DNA of 28,465 nt from Chlamydiota bacterium (GCA_037133055.1 JBAXOY010000028.1:1-28465); one strand, 5' to 3'; numbered from the stretch's first letter, positions 1 to 8,798 are shown. The notes: a model not told the origin generated them from the letters alone. Made by a program: numbers and translations.

Positions 1-51
1 CGCGCCCGCGAGGGGGGCGGGGCGAAGGAAGGGATTCTGCATGAGGAATAA

Positions 52-101
52 ACTGGTGGAGCTGGGGGGAATCGAACCCCCGATCTCTTGAATGCCATTC
101 A
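52..101 (-). repeat. Duplicated 3' part of tRNA-Ala (att-like direct repeat)
   Basis: 52-101 matches 1025-1074 over 50 bp with one mismatch (t84 vs c1057). It covers the anticodon loop through CCA. Confidence 0.95.
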
Positions 102-185
102 CTTTTTTTGTTTTGCGAACTCGGTGACCGCTTGTGCCAGGTTCGTTTTCAGGGACTTCCGACATCTCACACCCCATATCCCCAC

Positions 186-330
186 GAAAGAATCAACAGG
201 GTCAAACCTTTACAAGAATCAACAGGGTCAAACCTTTACTCTTTACTAAGTGCTAAGTGAAGAATCAGGGTCACACTAAGTGGCATACAGATGCCTCAGT
301 AAAGAGTAAAGGTATGACCCCGGTGACCCC
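186..330. repeat. Rearranged copy of the 903-980 hairpin element
   Basis: Perfect 26-bp tandem AAGAATCAACAGGGTCAAACCTTTAC (188-213, 214-239), CTAAGTG duplication (246-259), partial restart at 260-273, loop plus right arm at 275-322, extra TGACCCC at 324-330. Confidence 0.9.
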
Positions 331-379
331 TATTTCTCGCCATTGTTCTGATTTGCTTTCAATCTCTCGCGCCTTGGCG

Positions 380-889
380 CTATTTTGTTTCCGGCATCGC
401 AGATGAATGATGGCTAATAATCAACCACTTCGAACCATCCCATCGGTAGGTGAAGCTATACCGTCCGTTTACCACCTCACCGGTCTTGGCGAAAGTAAAT
501 GTGTATAATCCGGAATCTACCGCCATATTGCAGCCTATTTCAATCTGGCGAAGGTCGATTTTGCCGGATGGACGCTTTTCCAAAAAGTGACGGAAGTAAT
601 CTTCTTTTTCAGCCGGTGTTAATCGCGGCTTGTTGGATACTGTGGGTAGAAGAATTGACCTTTCAGCATAGTTTGCGACAACCTTACTCGGATCCCCCGT
701 CTGCAATGACTGATTCCAACGGTCAAAAAGTGCCGCGATTTCAACTTCACTGGCAGGCTTGCAACGTTCACTATGTGTAACTAGCCGTGAGGCGGGTTCT
801 TTTGGGGGGACGGCACATCCAACAAGCACCTCCAACGCGATTGCAGCAGTTACAGCAGGGTAGCAGGCAAAAATTTTATAAATCTTCAT
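380..889 (-). CDS. SgcJ/EcaC-like (DUF4440 / CaMKII association domain, NTF2/SnoaL fold) putative lipoprotein
   Basis: LVGC lipobox-like motif after a hydrophobic stretch. Family-typical motifs FDRWNQSLQTGDP, LLPTVSNKPR, DSGLYTF, RYSFTY, WLIISHHSSAMPE. Confidence 0.85.
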   Translation of the reverse strand: MKIYKIFACYPAVTAAIALEVLVGCAVPPKEPASRLVTHSERCKPASEVEIAALFDRWNQSLQTGDPSKVVANYAERSILLPTVSNKPRLTPAEKEDYFRHFLEKRPSGKIDLRQIEIGCNMAVDSGLYTFTFAKTGEVVNGRYSFTYRWDGSKWLIISHHSSAMPETK

Positions 890-910
890 ATCGGCATTTT
901 AGGAAAGAAT

Positions 911-980
911 CGGGGTCAAACCTTTACTCTTTACTAAGTGGCATACAGATACCTCAGTAAAGAGTAAAGGTTTGACCCCG
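911..980. repeat. Perfect 25-bp inverted repeat with 20-nt loop
   Basis: CGGGGTCAAACCTTTACTCTTTACT (911-935) is the exact reverse complement of 956-980. It is preceded by GAAAGAAT, as is the left copy, and followed by a duplicated CCCCGTGCTCG (976-986, 990-1000). Confidence 0.95.
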
Positions 981-1026
981 TGCTCGCGGCCCCGTGCTCG
1001 TACGGTCAGAAACTGAGGAAAAGTAC

Positions 1027-1102
<76 letters not shown>

Positions 1103-1156
1103 AGAGTTCACTCCCGCGCGCCTGCGCGAGAAAATTCCGATCGCACCGCGGTCGAT

Positions 1157-1185
1157 AGTATCACCGCCGGAGGGGGAAAAGTCAA
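1157..1185 (-). promoter_or_regulatory. Putative sigma70 promoter of tRNA-Ala
   Basis: TTGACT-17 bp-GATACT on the minus strand. Confidence 0.65.
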
Positions 1186-1214
1186 TTGCTTTCGGGTCCC
1201 CGGTGGGCTAAACT
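1186..1214 (+). promoter_or_regulatory. Putative sigma70 promoter of the leu operon, back-to-back with the tRNA promoter
   Basis: TTGCTT-17 bp-TAAACT. Confidence 0.55.
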
Positions 1215-1241
1215 ATATCCCCTTTTCGGAGAGCGGCCGCC

Positions 1242-2501
1242 ATGGGAATGACCATTGTCGAGAAGATACTCGCGGCGCACGCGGGCAGGAAGTCGGTCTC
1301 GCCGGGTGAGATCATCATGGCCTCGGTGGACATCGCGCTCGGCAACGACATCACGGCGCCGATCGCGATCAAGGAGTTCAAGGACGCGGGCGCCCGCCGG
1401 GTGTTCGATCCCGCGCGCGTCGTCCTCGTCGCCGATCATTTCACGCCCAACAAGGACATCAAATCGGCCGAGCACGCGAAGGTTCTCAGGGATTTTGCGC
1501 GCGCGCAGGGTCTCACGCACTATTTCGACGTGGGCCGCGCCGGGATCGAGCACGCACTCCTTCCCGAGAAGGGGATCGTGGTCCCCGGGGACCTCGTGAT
1601 CGGGGCGGACAGCCACACCTGCACCTACGGGGCGCTGGGCGCTTTCGCGACGGGGGTCGGCAGCACCGACCTCGCCGCGGCGATGGCGACCGGGGAAGTG
1701 TGGCTGAGGGTCCCCTCGTCCATCCGGTTCGTCTACCGGGGGGCGTTGAGGAAGTGGGTGGGGGGGAAGGATCTCATCCTTCGCACCATCGGCGAGATCG
1801 GGGTCGACGGCGCGCTCTACCGGGCGATGGAGTTCACCGGGGACGCGATCGACCGGCTCCCCATGCACGATCGCATTCCCATCTGCAACATGGCGATCGA
1901 GGCGGGGGGGAAATGCGGGATCATCGCGCCCGACGGGATCACCCAGGGCTACATAGGGCCGCGGGCCGAGCGCGAGCCGCGCCTGTACGCGAGCGACCCG
2001 GACGCGTCGTACGAGCGGGTGATCGAGTTCGACGCGGCGGCGATCGAGCCGCAGGTTGCGCTCCCCCCGCTCCCGGAGAACGCACGCGGCGTGAGCGAGA
2101 TCGGAGACATCCGCATCGACCAGGTCGTGATCGGCTCCTGCACCAACGGGCAGATCGAGGACCTCAGGGTCGCGGCGGAAATACTAAAGGGGAGGAAGGT
2201 CCACCGGGACGTCAGGCTGATCGTCATCCCGGCGACGCAGGCCATCTACACGCAGGCCATCAGGGAGGGCCTGCTCGAACTGTTCGTCGCGGCGGAGGGG
2301 GCGGTCTCTACGCCCACCTGCGGGCCGTGCCTCGGGGGGCACATGGGCGTGCTCGCCGCGGGGGAGCGGGCCCTCGCGACGACCAACAGGAATTTCACGG
2401 GGCGCATGGGGCACCCGTCGAGCGAGGTGTACCTGAGCGGCCCGGCGGTGGCGGCGGCGAGCGCGGTCGCGGGCCGCATCTGCGGCCCGGACGATATTTG
2501 A
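1242..2501 (+). CDS. leuC: 3-isopropylmalate dehydratase large subunit (short LeuC/HacA type)
   Basis: TIVEKIL, DHF, GADSHTCTYGA, IGSCTNG, CGPCLG and TTNRNF motifs; adjacent to leuD and leuB. Confidence 0.95.
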   Translation: MGMTIVEKILAAHAGRKSVSPGEIIMASVDIALGNDITAPIAIKEFKDAGARRVFDPARVVLVADHFTPNKDIKSAEHAKVLRDFARAQGLTHYFDVGRAGIEHALLPEKGIVVPGDLVIGADSHTCTYGALGAFATGVGSTDLAAAMATGEVWLRVPSSIRFVYRGALRKWVGGKDLILRTIGEIGVDGALYRAMEFTGDAIDRLPMHDRIPICNMAIEAGGKCGIIAPDGITQGYIGPRAEREPRLYASDPDASYERVIEFDAAAIEPQVALPPLPENARGVSEIGDIRIDQVVIGSCTNGQIEDLRVAAEILKGRKVHRDVRLIVIPATQAIYTQAIREGLLELFVAAEGAVSTPTCGPCLGGHMGVLAAGERALATTNRNFTGRMGHPSSEVYLSGPAVAAASAVAGRICGPDDI

Positions 2502-2511
2502 AAGGAAGCGC

Positions 2512-3012
2512 ATGAAAATCAAGGGCAGGGCGTGGAAGTTCGGCGACGACGTGAACACCGACGAGATCATCCCGGCGAGGTACCTGAACACCATCGACCC
2601 CGCGGCGCTCGCCGCGCACTGCATGGAGGACGCCGGCCGCGAATTCGCGGGGAGGGTGGGGAAGGGCGACCTCATCGTCGCGGGCAAGAACTTCGGCTGC
2701 GGCTCCTCCCGGGAGCACGCCCCGATCGCCATCAAGGCGGCGGGGGTGGGCGCGGTGATCGCGGCCTCCTTCGCGCGGATATTCTACCGGAACGCCTTCA
2801 ACATCGGACTGCCGATATTCGAGTCCCCCGGGGCCAGCGCGGCCATCGCCGCCGGCGACGAGATCGAGATCGACGGGGGGAGCGGGGAGATTCGCAACAT
2901 CTCCCGCGGAGAAGAGTATCGCGCCGCGGCGATCCCCCCGTTCATGGAGGAGCTCGTCAGGGCGGGGGGGCTGATGGCGTACGTCAAGAAGCGCGTGGCG
3001 GGGCGGGACTGA
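2512..3012 (+). CDS. leuD: 3-isopropylmalate dehydratase small subunit
   Basis: GDDVNTDEIIPARYL, NFGCGSSREHA, SFARIFYRNAFNIGL. Confidence 0.95.
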   Translation: MKIKGRAWKFGDDVNTDEIIPARYLNTIDPAALAAHCMEDAGREFAGRVGKGDLIVAGKNFGCGSSREHAPIAIKAAGVGAVIAASFARIFYRNAFNIGLPIFESPGASAAIAAGDEIEIDGGSGEIRNISRGEEYRAAAIPPFMEELVRAGGLMAYVKKRVAGRD

Positions 3013-3052
3013 ACCGGCGGCTGTTCCGCCGGGAGGAACGGGGGAGGGAACA

Positions 3053-4114
3053 ATGGCACGTAACCACGAGATCGCGGTGATCGCCGGCGACGGGACCGGG
3101 CCCGAGGTGATACGGGAGGGGCTCAAGGTCCTCAGGGCCGCGGCGGAAAAATTCGGCTTCGGGATAAAGACCCGGGACTACGACTTCGGGGGGGAGCGCT
3201 ACCTGAAGACTGGCGAGACGCTCCCCGACGGGGCCGTCGAGGAACTACGCGGGTTCAAGGCCATCTACCTCGGCGCGATCGGTCACCCGAAGGTGAAGCC
3301 CGGCATCCTCGAGAAGGGGATACTGCTGAAACTGCGATTCGAGCTCGACCAGTACATCAACCTGAGGCCCGTGAAGCTCTACCCCGGCGTCGAGACCCCG
3401 CTCAGGAACAAGAAGCCGGAGGATATCGACTTCATCGTGGTCCGTGAGAACACCGAGGACGTCTATGCGGGGATCGGGGGATTCCTCAAGAAGGGCACCC
3501 CCGACGAGGTGGCGCTTCAGGAGATGATCTACACCCGCAAGGGCGTGGAGCGCTGCGTCCGCTACGCCTTCGAGCTCGCCAGGACGCGGAAGCGGAAGAA
3601 GCTCACCTTCTGCGGCAAGACGAACGTGCTCACCTACGCGCACGATCTGTGGCAGCGGGTGTTCGACGAGGTGGCGGCGGAGTACCCGGACGTCCGGAAG
3701 GATTACGCGCACGTGGACGCCACCTGTATGTGGATGGTGAAGAGTCCGGAGGTCTTCGACGTCATCGTGACGACGAACATGTTCGGCGACATCATCACCG
3801 ACCTCGGCGCGATGATCCAGGGCGGGATGGGGATCGCGGCGGGGGCCAACATCAACCCCTCCGGCACCTCGATGTTCGAGCCGATCGGCGGCTCGGCCCC
3901 CAAGTACACGGGAAAGAACGTCATCAACCCGCTCGCGGCGGTGTGCGCGGGGGGGATGATGCTGGATTTTCTCGGAGAGAAAGAGGCCGGGCGCGCCGTC
4001 GAATCCGCCGTGATGCGGGTGGTTTCGACGAAGCTGAAGAGCCTCTCCGCGGGGAAGATGGGCTGCGGAACCGATGAAGTCGGAGATATGGTTGCCGCCC
4101 TCGTGCAGGGATGA
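3053..4114 (+). CDS. leuB: 3-isopropylmalate dehydrogenase
   Basis: GDGTGPEV, NLRP, VRENTED, NMFGDIITDL, FEPIGGSAP, NPLA. Confidence 0.93.
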   Translation: MARNHEIAVIAGDGTGPEVIREGLKVLRAAAEKFGFGIKTRDYDFGGERYLKTGETLPDGAVEELRGFKAIYLGAIGHPKVKPGILEKGILLKLRFELDQYINLRPVKLYPGVETPLRNKKPEDIDFIVVRENTEDVYAGIGGFLKKGTPDEVALQEMIYTRKGVERCVRYAFELARTRKRKKLTFCGKTNVLTYAHDLWQRVFDEVAAEYPDVRKDYAHVDATCMWMVKSPEVFDVIVTTNMFGDIITDLGAMIQGGMGIAAGANINPSGTSMFEPIGGSAPKYTGKNVINPLAAVCAGGMMLDFLGEKEAGRAVESAVMRVVSTKLKSLSAGKMGCGTDEVGDMVAALVQG

Positions 4115-4192
4115 AGTCGGAATACGTCGACCCTCACGCCGACACAATCGGCGCGGGCACATGATACGGGATGTAGATGAGGAGATTACATC

Positions 4193-5203
4193 GTGTCCAG
4201 ACTTTATAATGTGGCGATCGCCGGCGCGACCGGCGCCGTAGGGGCGGAGATGATCCGCACCCTCGTGGAGCGCAGGTTCCCGGCGGGGAAGATACGGCTG
4301 CTCGCATCCGCGCGGTCCGTGGGGAAGAAGCTCCGTGTTGCGGGTGAGGACATCCCGGTCGAGGAGCTCAAGGCCGACTCGTTCATGGGCGTCGAGATCG
4401 CCCTCTTCAGCGCTGGCGCTTCGCGCAGCAGGGAGTTCGCCCCGGCGGCCGTGAAGGCGGGGGCGGTCGTGGTGGACAACTCGAGCGCCTTCCGGATGGA
4501 CGCGGAGGTCCCGCTTGTCGTCCCCGAGGTGAACCCGGAGAAGGTCCGGGAGCACAAGGGGATCATCGCCAATCCCAACTGCTCCACCATCATCATGGTT
4601 GTCCCCCTCTGGCCGCTCCACCAGGCGGCCCGTATCGTGAGGATCGTGGTGGCCACCTACCAGGCGGCATCGGGGGCGGGGGCGGGCGCCATGGCGGAGC
4701 TTCGGAATCAGATCCGCGAAATCGAGGAGGGGAGGGATCCGGGGGTCTCCGTCCTCCCGCAGCAGATCGCCTACAACCTGTTTCCGCACGTGGATGTCTT
4801 CATGCCCAACGGATACACGAAAGAGGAGATGAAGATGGTCCACGAGACCAGAAAGATCTTCGGCGACGACTCGATCCGGGTGACCGCGACCTGCGTGCGG
4901 GTGCCGGTGCTCCGGGCGCATTCGGAGGCCGTGAACATCGAGACGGAGCGGAAGCTCTCAGCCGACGAGGTGCGGCGCATCCTGGCGAAGGCCCCCGGCG
5001 TCGCGCTCGTGGACGAACCGGAGCGGAAGCGCTACCCGATGCCCCTCACGGCGACCGGGCAGGGCGAGGTCCTCGTGGGGCGCATCCGGGAGGACATCTC
5101 ACAGCCGAACGGCATCGACATGTTCATCGCAGGCGACCAGCTTCTGAAGGGGGCGGCTTTGAACGCCGTGCAGATCGCGGAACTCGTCATCGGCAAGGTC
5201 TGA
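4193..5203 (+). CDS. asd: Aspartate-semialdehyde dehydrogenase
   Basis: GATGAVG, DNSSAFRM, ANPNCST, TCVRVPV, LLKGAALNAVQIAE; GTG start after GAGGAG. Confidence 0.97.
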   Translation: MSRLYNVAIAGATGAVGAEMIRTLVERRFPAGKIRLLASARSVGKKLRVAGEDIPVEELKADSFMGVEIALFSAGASRSREFAPAAVKAGAVVVDNSSAFRMDAEVPLVVPEVNPEKVREHKGIIANPNCSTIIMVVPLWPLHQAARIVRIVVATYQAASGAGAGAMAELRNQIREIEEGRDPGVSVLPQQIAYNLFPHVDVFMPNGYTKEEMKMVHETRKIFGDDSIRVTATCVRVPVLRAHSEAVNIETERKLSADEVRRILAKAPGVALVDEPERKRYPMPLTATGQGEVLVGRIREDISQPNGIDMFIAGDQLLKGAALNAVQIAELVIGKV

Positions 5204-5209
5204 ACATTT

Positions 5210-5326
5210 GGACGCGGATCGCCGCGGATACACGCGGGTTTAAAACGTTTACTGAACCAAGAACCCCGAACGCTGAACGCTGGTTGTCTCTGCGTCCATT
5301 TTGACGATCTGCGTTCATCTGCGTGC
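5210..5326. repeat. Intergenic periodic element: inverted 10-mer arms around a 7-mer array
   Basis: nnnCGCGG(A/G)T x3 (5210-5239), GAACnnn x4 (5254-5281), CTCTGCGTCCA (5288-5298), ATCTGCGTnC x2 (5307-5326). Confidence 0.8.
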
Positions 5327-5358
5327 TCCATTGAACCGCCTCCCTTGAAGATGCGTGC

Positions 5359-6105
5359 ATGGATAACGACCGCAACATCAAACTGGTGATCGAGTATGAC
5401 GGCACGGACTACTGCGGCTGGCAGGTCCAGCCGAACGGCCCCACGATCCAGGAGAAGGTCGAGGCCGCGATCGCCCGCATCACCGGCGAGACCGTGCGGG
5501 TGGCGGGGGCCGGGCGGACCGACGCCGGGGTGCATGCGGCCGGGCAGGTCGCGAATTTTCACACCGCGAGCCGCCTCCCCGCGAAGCGGCTCCTCGCCGC
5601 GCTGAACGCGGTGCTCCCCCCCGATATCGCCGTCCTCTCCGTCGATGATGCCGGGAGCGTCTTCCACGCGCGCTTCAGCGCGAAACGCAAGCTCTACCGC
5701 TATGCCATCCTCAACCGCCCCGTCCGCCCGGCGCTCGACCGGTGGACCGTCCTTTACGTTCCGCGCCCGCTCGACGTCGAGGCGATGCGGGATGGCGCGC
5801 GATGCCTTGTCGGGACGCATGACTTCTCCTCGTTCGGCTGCAACGCGGGAAAGGACGACAACCCGGTCAGGACTGTCCGCGCGGTGTCGGTCGAGCGGAG
5901 GGGAGAGCTCGTCCTCATCGACATAGAGGCGGTGAGCTTTCTCTACAAGATGGTCCGGACCATCGCCGGGACGCTGATCGCGGTCGGCAAGGGCTCGCTC
6001 CCTCCGGCTGGGGTCGCCGTCATCCTCGCCGCGCGCGACAGGAGCAGGGCGTACCCTACCGCCCCCGCGCACGGGCTGAGCTTGATCAGCGTTTCTTACG
6101 ACTGA
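5359..6105 (+). CDS. truA: tRNA pseudouridine(38-40) synthase
   Basis: EYDGTDYCGWQVQ, AGRTDAGVHA, FHARFSA, GTHDFSSF, FLYKMVR. Confidence 0.97.
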   Translation: MDNDRNIKLVIEYDGTDYCGWQVQPNGPTIQEKVEAAIARITGETVRVAGAGRTDAGVHAAGQVANFHTASRLPAKRLLAALNAVLPPDIAVLSVDDAGSVFHARFSAKRKLYRYAILNRPVRPALDRWTVLYVPRPLDVEAMRDGARCLVGTHDFSSFGCNAGKDDNPVRTVRAVSVERRGELVLIDIEAVSFLYKMVRTIAGTLIAVGKGSLPPAGVAVILAARDRSRAYPTAPAHGLSLISVSYD

Positions 6106-6133
6106 AGACGGAAAAATATTCCGGACTCGCCGG

Positions 6134-6162
6134 TTGACATTCTCGCGTGCTTCTGACACACT
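6134..6162 (+). promoter_or_regulatory. Putative sigma70 promoter
   Basis: Consensus TTGACA-17 bp-CACACT with an extended -10 TG. Confidence 0.65.
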
Positions 6163-6205
6163 TGGGCGGCCGCTGTTGAGGCGGGTGACTGAAAGGGGGA
6201 TTCCC

Positions 6206-6724
6206 ATGAACGACGTTGTGAAGGTGACCACCGGCTACATGGCGGTCAGCGCGATCCTTGGCGTCGCGCTCGGACTGCTCATGCTCTTCTATCCGGGCGG
6301 GACGATGGTCCTGATGCAGTCCGCGTTCATGGTGTTCCAGTGGCTGCTCTCGATATTTATCCTTTACTGGGCGATCACCGAGGCGGCCCACTATTTCAAG
6401 ACGCGCCATGCCGTCACCGGCGTCGGCTATGTCATCCTCGGGCTCCTCGCCGTCATACTCGTCTGGAGCTTCGGGGTCGGGATCGTCTTCCTGGTCGTCT
6501 CCGGGTTCCTGCTCCTCTCGGGCCTCGGGGAGGTCATCTCCTCGTTCAGGGATGCGCAGGGCACGCTGTTCCTCACGCTCCTCGGCATCATCGACATCTT
6601 CGTCGGCGTCCTGGTGATCAAGAACCCGCTCATCCTCCCGCTTCTCATCGCGTGGTACGTGCTTTTCTGGGGGATATCGAGGCTGATGCTCTCGCTCGAA
6701 CTCAGGCGCCTGCTCGCGCGCTGA
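6206..6724 (+). CDS. DUF308/HdeD-like integral membrane protein
   Basis: About six hydrophobic segments in a repeated pattern (GLLMLFYP...; GVLVIKNP...WYVLFWGI); ATG at 6206 after AAGGGGG. Confidence 0.7.
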   Translation: MNDVVKVTTGYMAVSAILGVALGLLMLFYPGGTMVLMQSAFMVFQWLLSIFILYWAITEAAHYFKTRHAVTGVGYVILGLLAVILVWSFGVGIVFLVVSGFLLLSGLGEVISSFRDAQGTLFLTLLGIIDIFVGVLVIKNPLILPLLIAWYVLFWGISRLMLSLELRRLLAR

Positions 6725-6737
6725 AAGGGGGGACGCG

Positions 6738-7829
6738 ATGCGCACGCAAGCCCGACCGGCTTTCATGCTGGCCTTCGCGGCGGCACTCTTCCTCACCGGA
6801 CCAACCTTCTCCCAGGACGAGGCTTCGCTCGACGCCGAGTCGGGGCAGGATGCGGCTGCCGGGGCCACGGAGAAGGCCGCGGCGCCGGGGACCCCGGAGG
6901 CAACTCCGGGCGGGATCGAGGGATGGGTGCGTGCCGCCAAGAAGCGCACCTCCCTTTCCGTGGCCAACATCTTCACCTCGCGGGACGTATGGCGCGGGAT
7001 CAACTGGTTCGGGCATGATCCCGGTTATCTCCTCGGCGGGGATGTGAAGTTCGACCTCACCCCGTACGACGAGCAAAAGAAGCGGGACGTCTGGGAGGTC
7101 AAGCTCCACTCCATGGTGGCGATGGCGGACGGCCTGAAATCCGGGAACGAGGACCTCGACCGGTACAAGGTGATGGCCGTACTCGAGAATCGGTTTTTCA
7201 AGTACCTTGATTTCGACATCGGCTACGAGCACTACGGCCTTCCCCCGTTCGGCAATCACGACAGGGACTTCGAAGAGCTGCTCATCCGGACCGGCTTCAA
7301 CGCGATCCCCACCTTCAAACCCCTGTCGCTCCCCGGCTACGCGAAACCGATCACCGCGATACCGTTCGCCGTCCACTATGGCGCCTACAGCGGTTTCTCG
7401 AGCAAGTCGTTCACGCTCACGAACGACCGGTTCGGGTTCCACGGCTATCCGAATAACTGGTGGTGGCACAACGTGGAGTTCAACCTGATCGTCCCGTTCC
7501 CCGACGCCGTGCCGGACAAGACCCTCGGCATCCTCCAGTGCCTGAAGCTCGATTCGACGATCTGGGCCATCGACAGGGAGAACGTGCTCCCCGGCCTGAA
7601 GAGCGGCATACAGGACGCCGAGTTCGGCCTCGCCCTCCCGCTCATCTGCGACCTCGGGAAGGGGCTCGCGCTCGACCGGTATGCGTGGGGCCTCCTCGGC
7701 GAATCCAAGTTCATCGTGGAGCCGTTCATCCGCTACGCCCTGGACGCCCAGCAGCTTGACACCCGGACGAAGACCTGGAGCAGCGACGACGAGTTCTTCG
7801 GCGGCGTGGCGCTGGTCTATGCGTTCTGA
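6738..7829 (+). CDS. Putative outer-membrane beta-barrel protein (TorF/Gcw_chp-like start motif)
   Basis: Signal peptide; TSRDVWRGI resembles the family SxYxxRG motif; C-terminal amphipathic strand ends in Y-x-F (GVALVYAF). Confidence 0.55.
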   Translation: MRTQARPAFMLAFAAALFLTGPTFSQDEASLDAESGQDAAAGATEKAAAPGTPEATPGGIEGWVRAAKKRTSLSVANIFTSRDVWRGINWFGHDPGYLLGGDVKFDLTPYDEQKKRDVWEVKLHSMVAMADGLKSGNEDLDRYKVMAVLENRFFKYLDFDIGYEHYGLPPFGNHDRDFEELLIRTGFNAIPTFKPLSLPGYAKPITAIPFAVHYGAYSGFSSKSFTLTNDRFGFHGYPNNWWWHNVEFNLIVPFPDAVPDKTLGILQCLKLDSTIWAIDRENVLPGLKSGIQDAEFGLALPLICDLGKGLALDRYAWGLLGESKFIVEPFIRYALDAQQLDTRTKTWSSDDEFFGGVALVYAF

Positions 7830-8529
7830 CCCGCTCAAGGCAGACCTTCACGTCCACACCTCCGAGGACCCCGAGGACCCGGTCGAGTTTTCCGCCCTGG
7901 AACTCATCGACATGGCCTCGCGCCTCGGGTATGCCGTCCTCTCAATCACCAACCACAATACGGTGACCTGGGACGAAGGCCTTGCCGCATACGCCGCGGA
8001 GAAGGGCATTCTTCTCCTCCCCGGCGTCGAGCTCTCGGTGGCAGGACGGAAGCACGTCCTTGCCATCAACTCAGCCCTTCGCGGGGATAAACTCGGGAGT
8101 AGGTTTCCGCGTTTCGAGGACCTCGCGGCCATTCGGGGGGAGGGAACGATCATCATCGCCCCGCACCCGTTCTACAAAGCCCCCGTGTGCGTGGGAAGGG
8201 ACCTCGAAAAGCACCACAGTCTCTTCGACGCGCTCGAGGCGTCGCACTTTTATTCCCGACTGATCAACCCCAATCGGGCGGCGGAGCGTTTCTCGATGCG
8301 GCACGGCCTCCCGATGGTCGGCACCTCGGACGCGCACTTCAGGTCGCAGTTCGGGCGCGCCTATTCGCTGGTCGAGGCGGAGAGGGACCCCCGGAGCCTC
8401 GCGGAGGCGGTGAAGAAGGGGAGGGTGCGGATCGTGTGCCCGCCGCTCTCGATCGCGGGGATGGGGCTCATCCTCGTGCGGATGCTCTTCGCGCGCGGGG
8501 TGAATCCGCGTCACGGACACGAACGCTGA
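7819..8529 (+). CDS. PHP-domain metallophosphoesterase
   Basis: DLHVHT, ITNHN, PGVE, APHP and SDAH metal motifs; start overlaps the upstream gene end. Confidence 0.88.
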   Translation: MRSDPLKADLHVHTSEDPEDPVEFSALELIDMASRLGYAVLSITNHNTVTWDEGLAAYAAEKGILLLPGVELSVAGRKHVLAINSALRGDKLGSRFPRFEDLAAIRGEGTIIIAPHPFYKAPVCVGRDLEKHHSLFDALEASHFYSRLINPNRAAERFSMRHGLPMVGTSDAHFRSQFGRAYSLVEAERDPRSLAEAVKKGRVRIVCPPLSIAGMGLILVRMLFARGVNPRHGHER

Positions 8530-8571
8530 AAAAGGGATGCCGGCCGAAATGACCTCTTCTCAGCCGGCATC
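8527..8571 (-). terminator. Intrinsic terminator downstream of the small basic ORF
   Basis: Arms 8536-8547 and 8560-8571 (the single mismatch is G:U on the minus strand), followed by a short U tract on the minus strand. Confidence 0.65.
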
Positions 8572-8605
8572 GGGAGACATCGCTCGCCCCCTTGGCAGGG
8601 GACAC

Positions 8606-8707
8606 TCAGTAAACGCGCTTTTTCTCTTTCTTCTCGCGGCGCTTCTCCTTGAGGGACTTCTGGGACTTCTTCTTGTCTTCGTGTTTGGTTTTATCCATCG
8701 AGCCCAT
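8606..8707 (-). CDS. Small Lys/Arg-rich protein, 33 aa (not in ORF track)
   Basis: MGSMDKTKHEDKKKSQKSLKEKRREKKEKKRVY; AAGGAGG 6 nt upstream of ATG; terminator downstream. Confidence 0.75.
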   Translation of the reverse strand: MGSMDKTKHEDKKKSQKSLKEKRREKKEKKRVY

Positions 8708-8798
8708 TGTCAACCTCCTTTAGAGCCGGATTCTCCGCGTTCGCGGGATTTATATCCGGGACCTTTGATGGCTGAGGCAGTACCGAAACACGCCGCCG

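Noticed and set aside
1..51. GC-rich purine run next to the att-like repeat, possibly half of a terminator or another element end
   Set aside because: Cut by the window edge; no partner arm is visible.
188..330. Repeats as a CRISPR array
   Set aside because: Units are adjacent or fragmentary with no unique spacers of regular length, and no cas genes are present.
331..379. Integron attC site after the cassette-like ORF
   Set aside because: No RYYYAAC...GTTRRRY pair with attC-like dyad could be found.
1242..3012. Homoaconitase (lysine or coenzyme B pathway) instead of LeuCD
   Set aside because: The leuB-asd-truA context and the YLNT loop, rather than YLRT, favour isopropylmalate isomerase.
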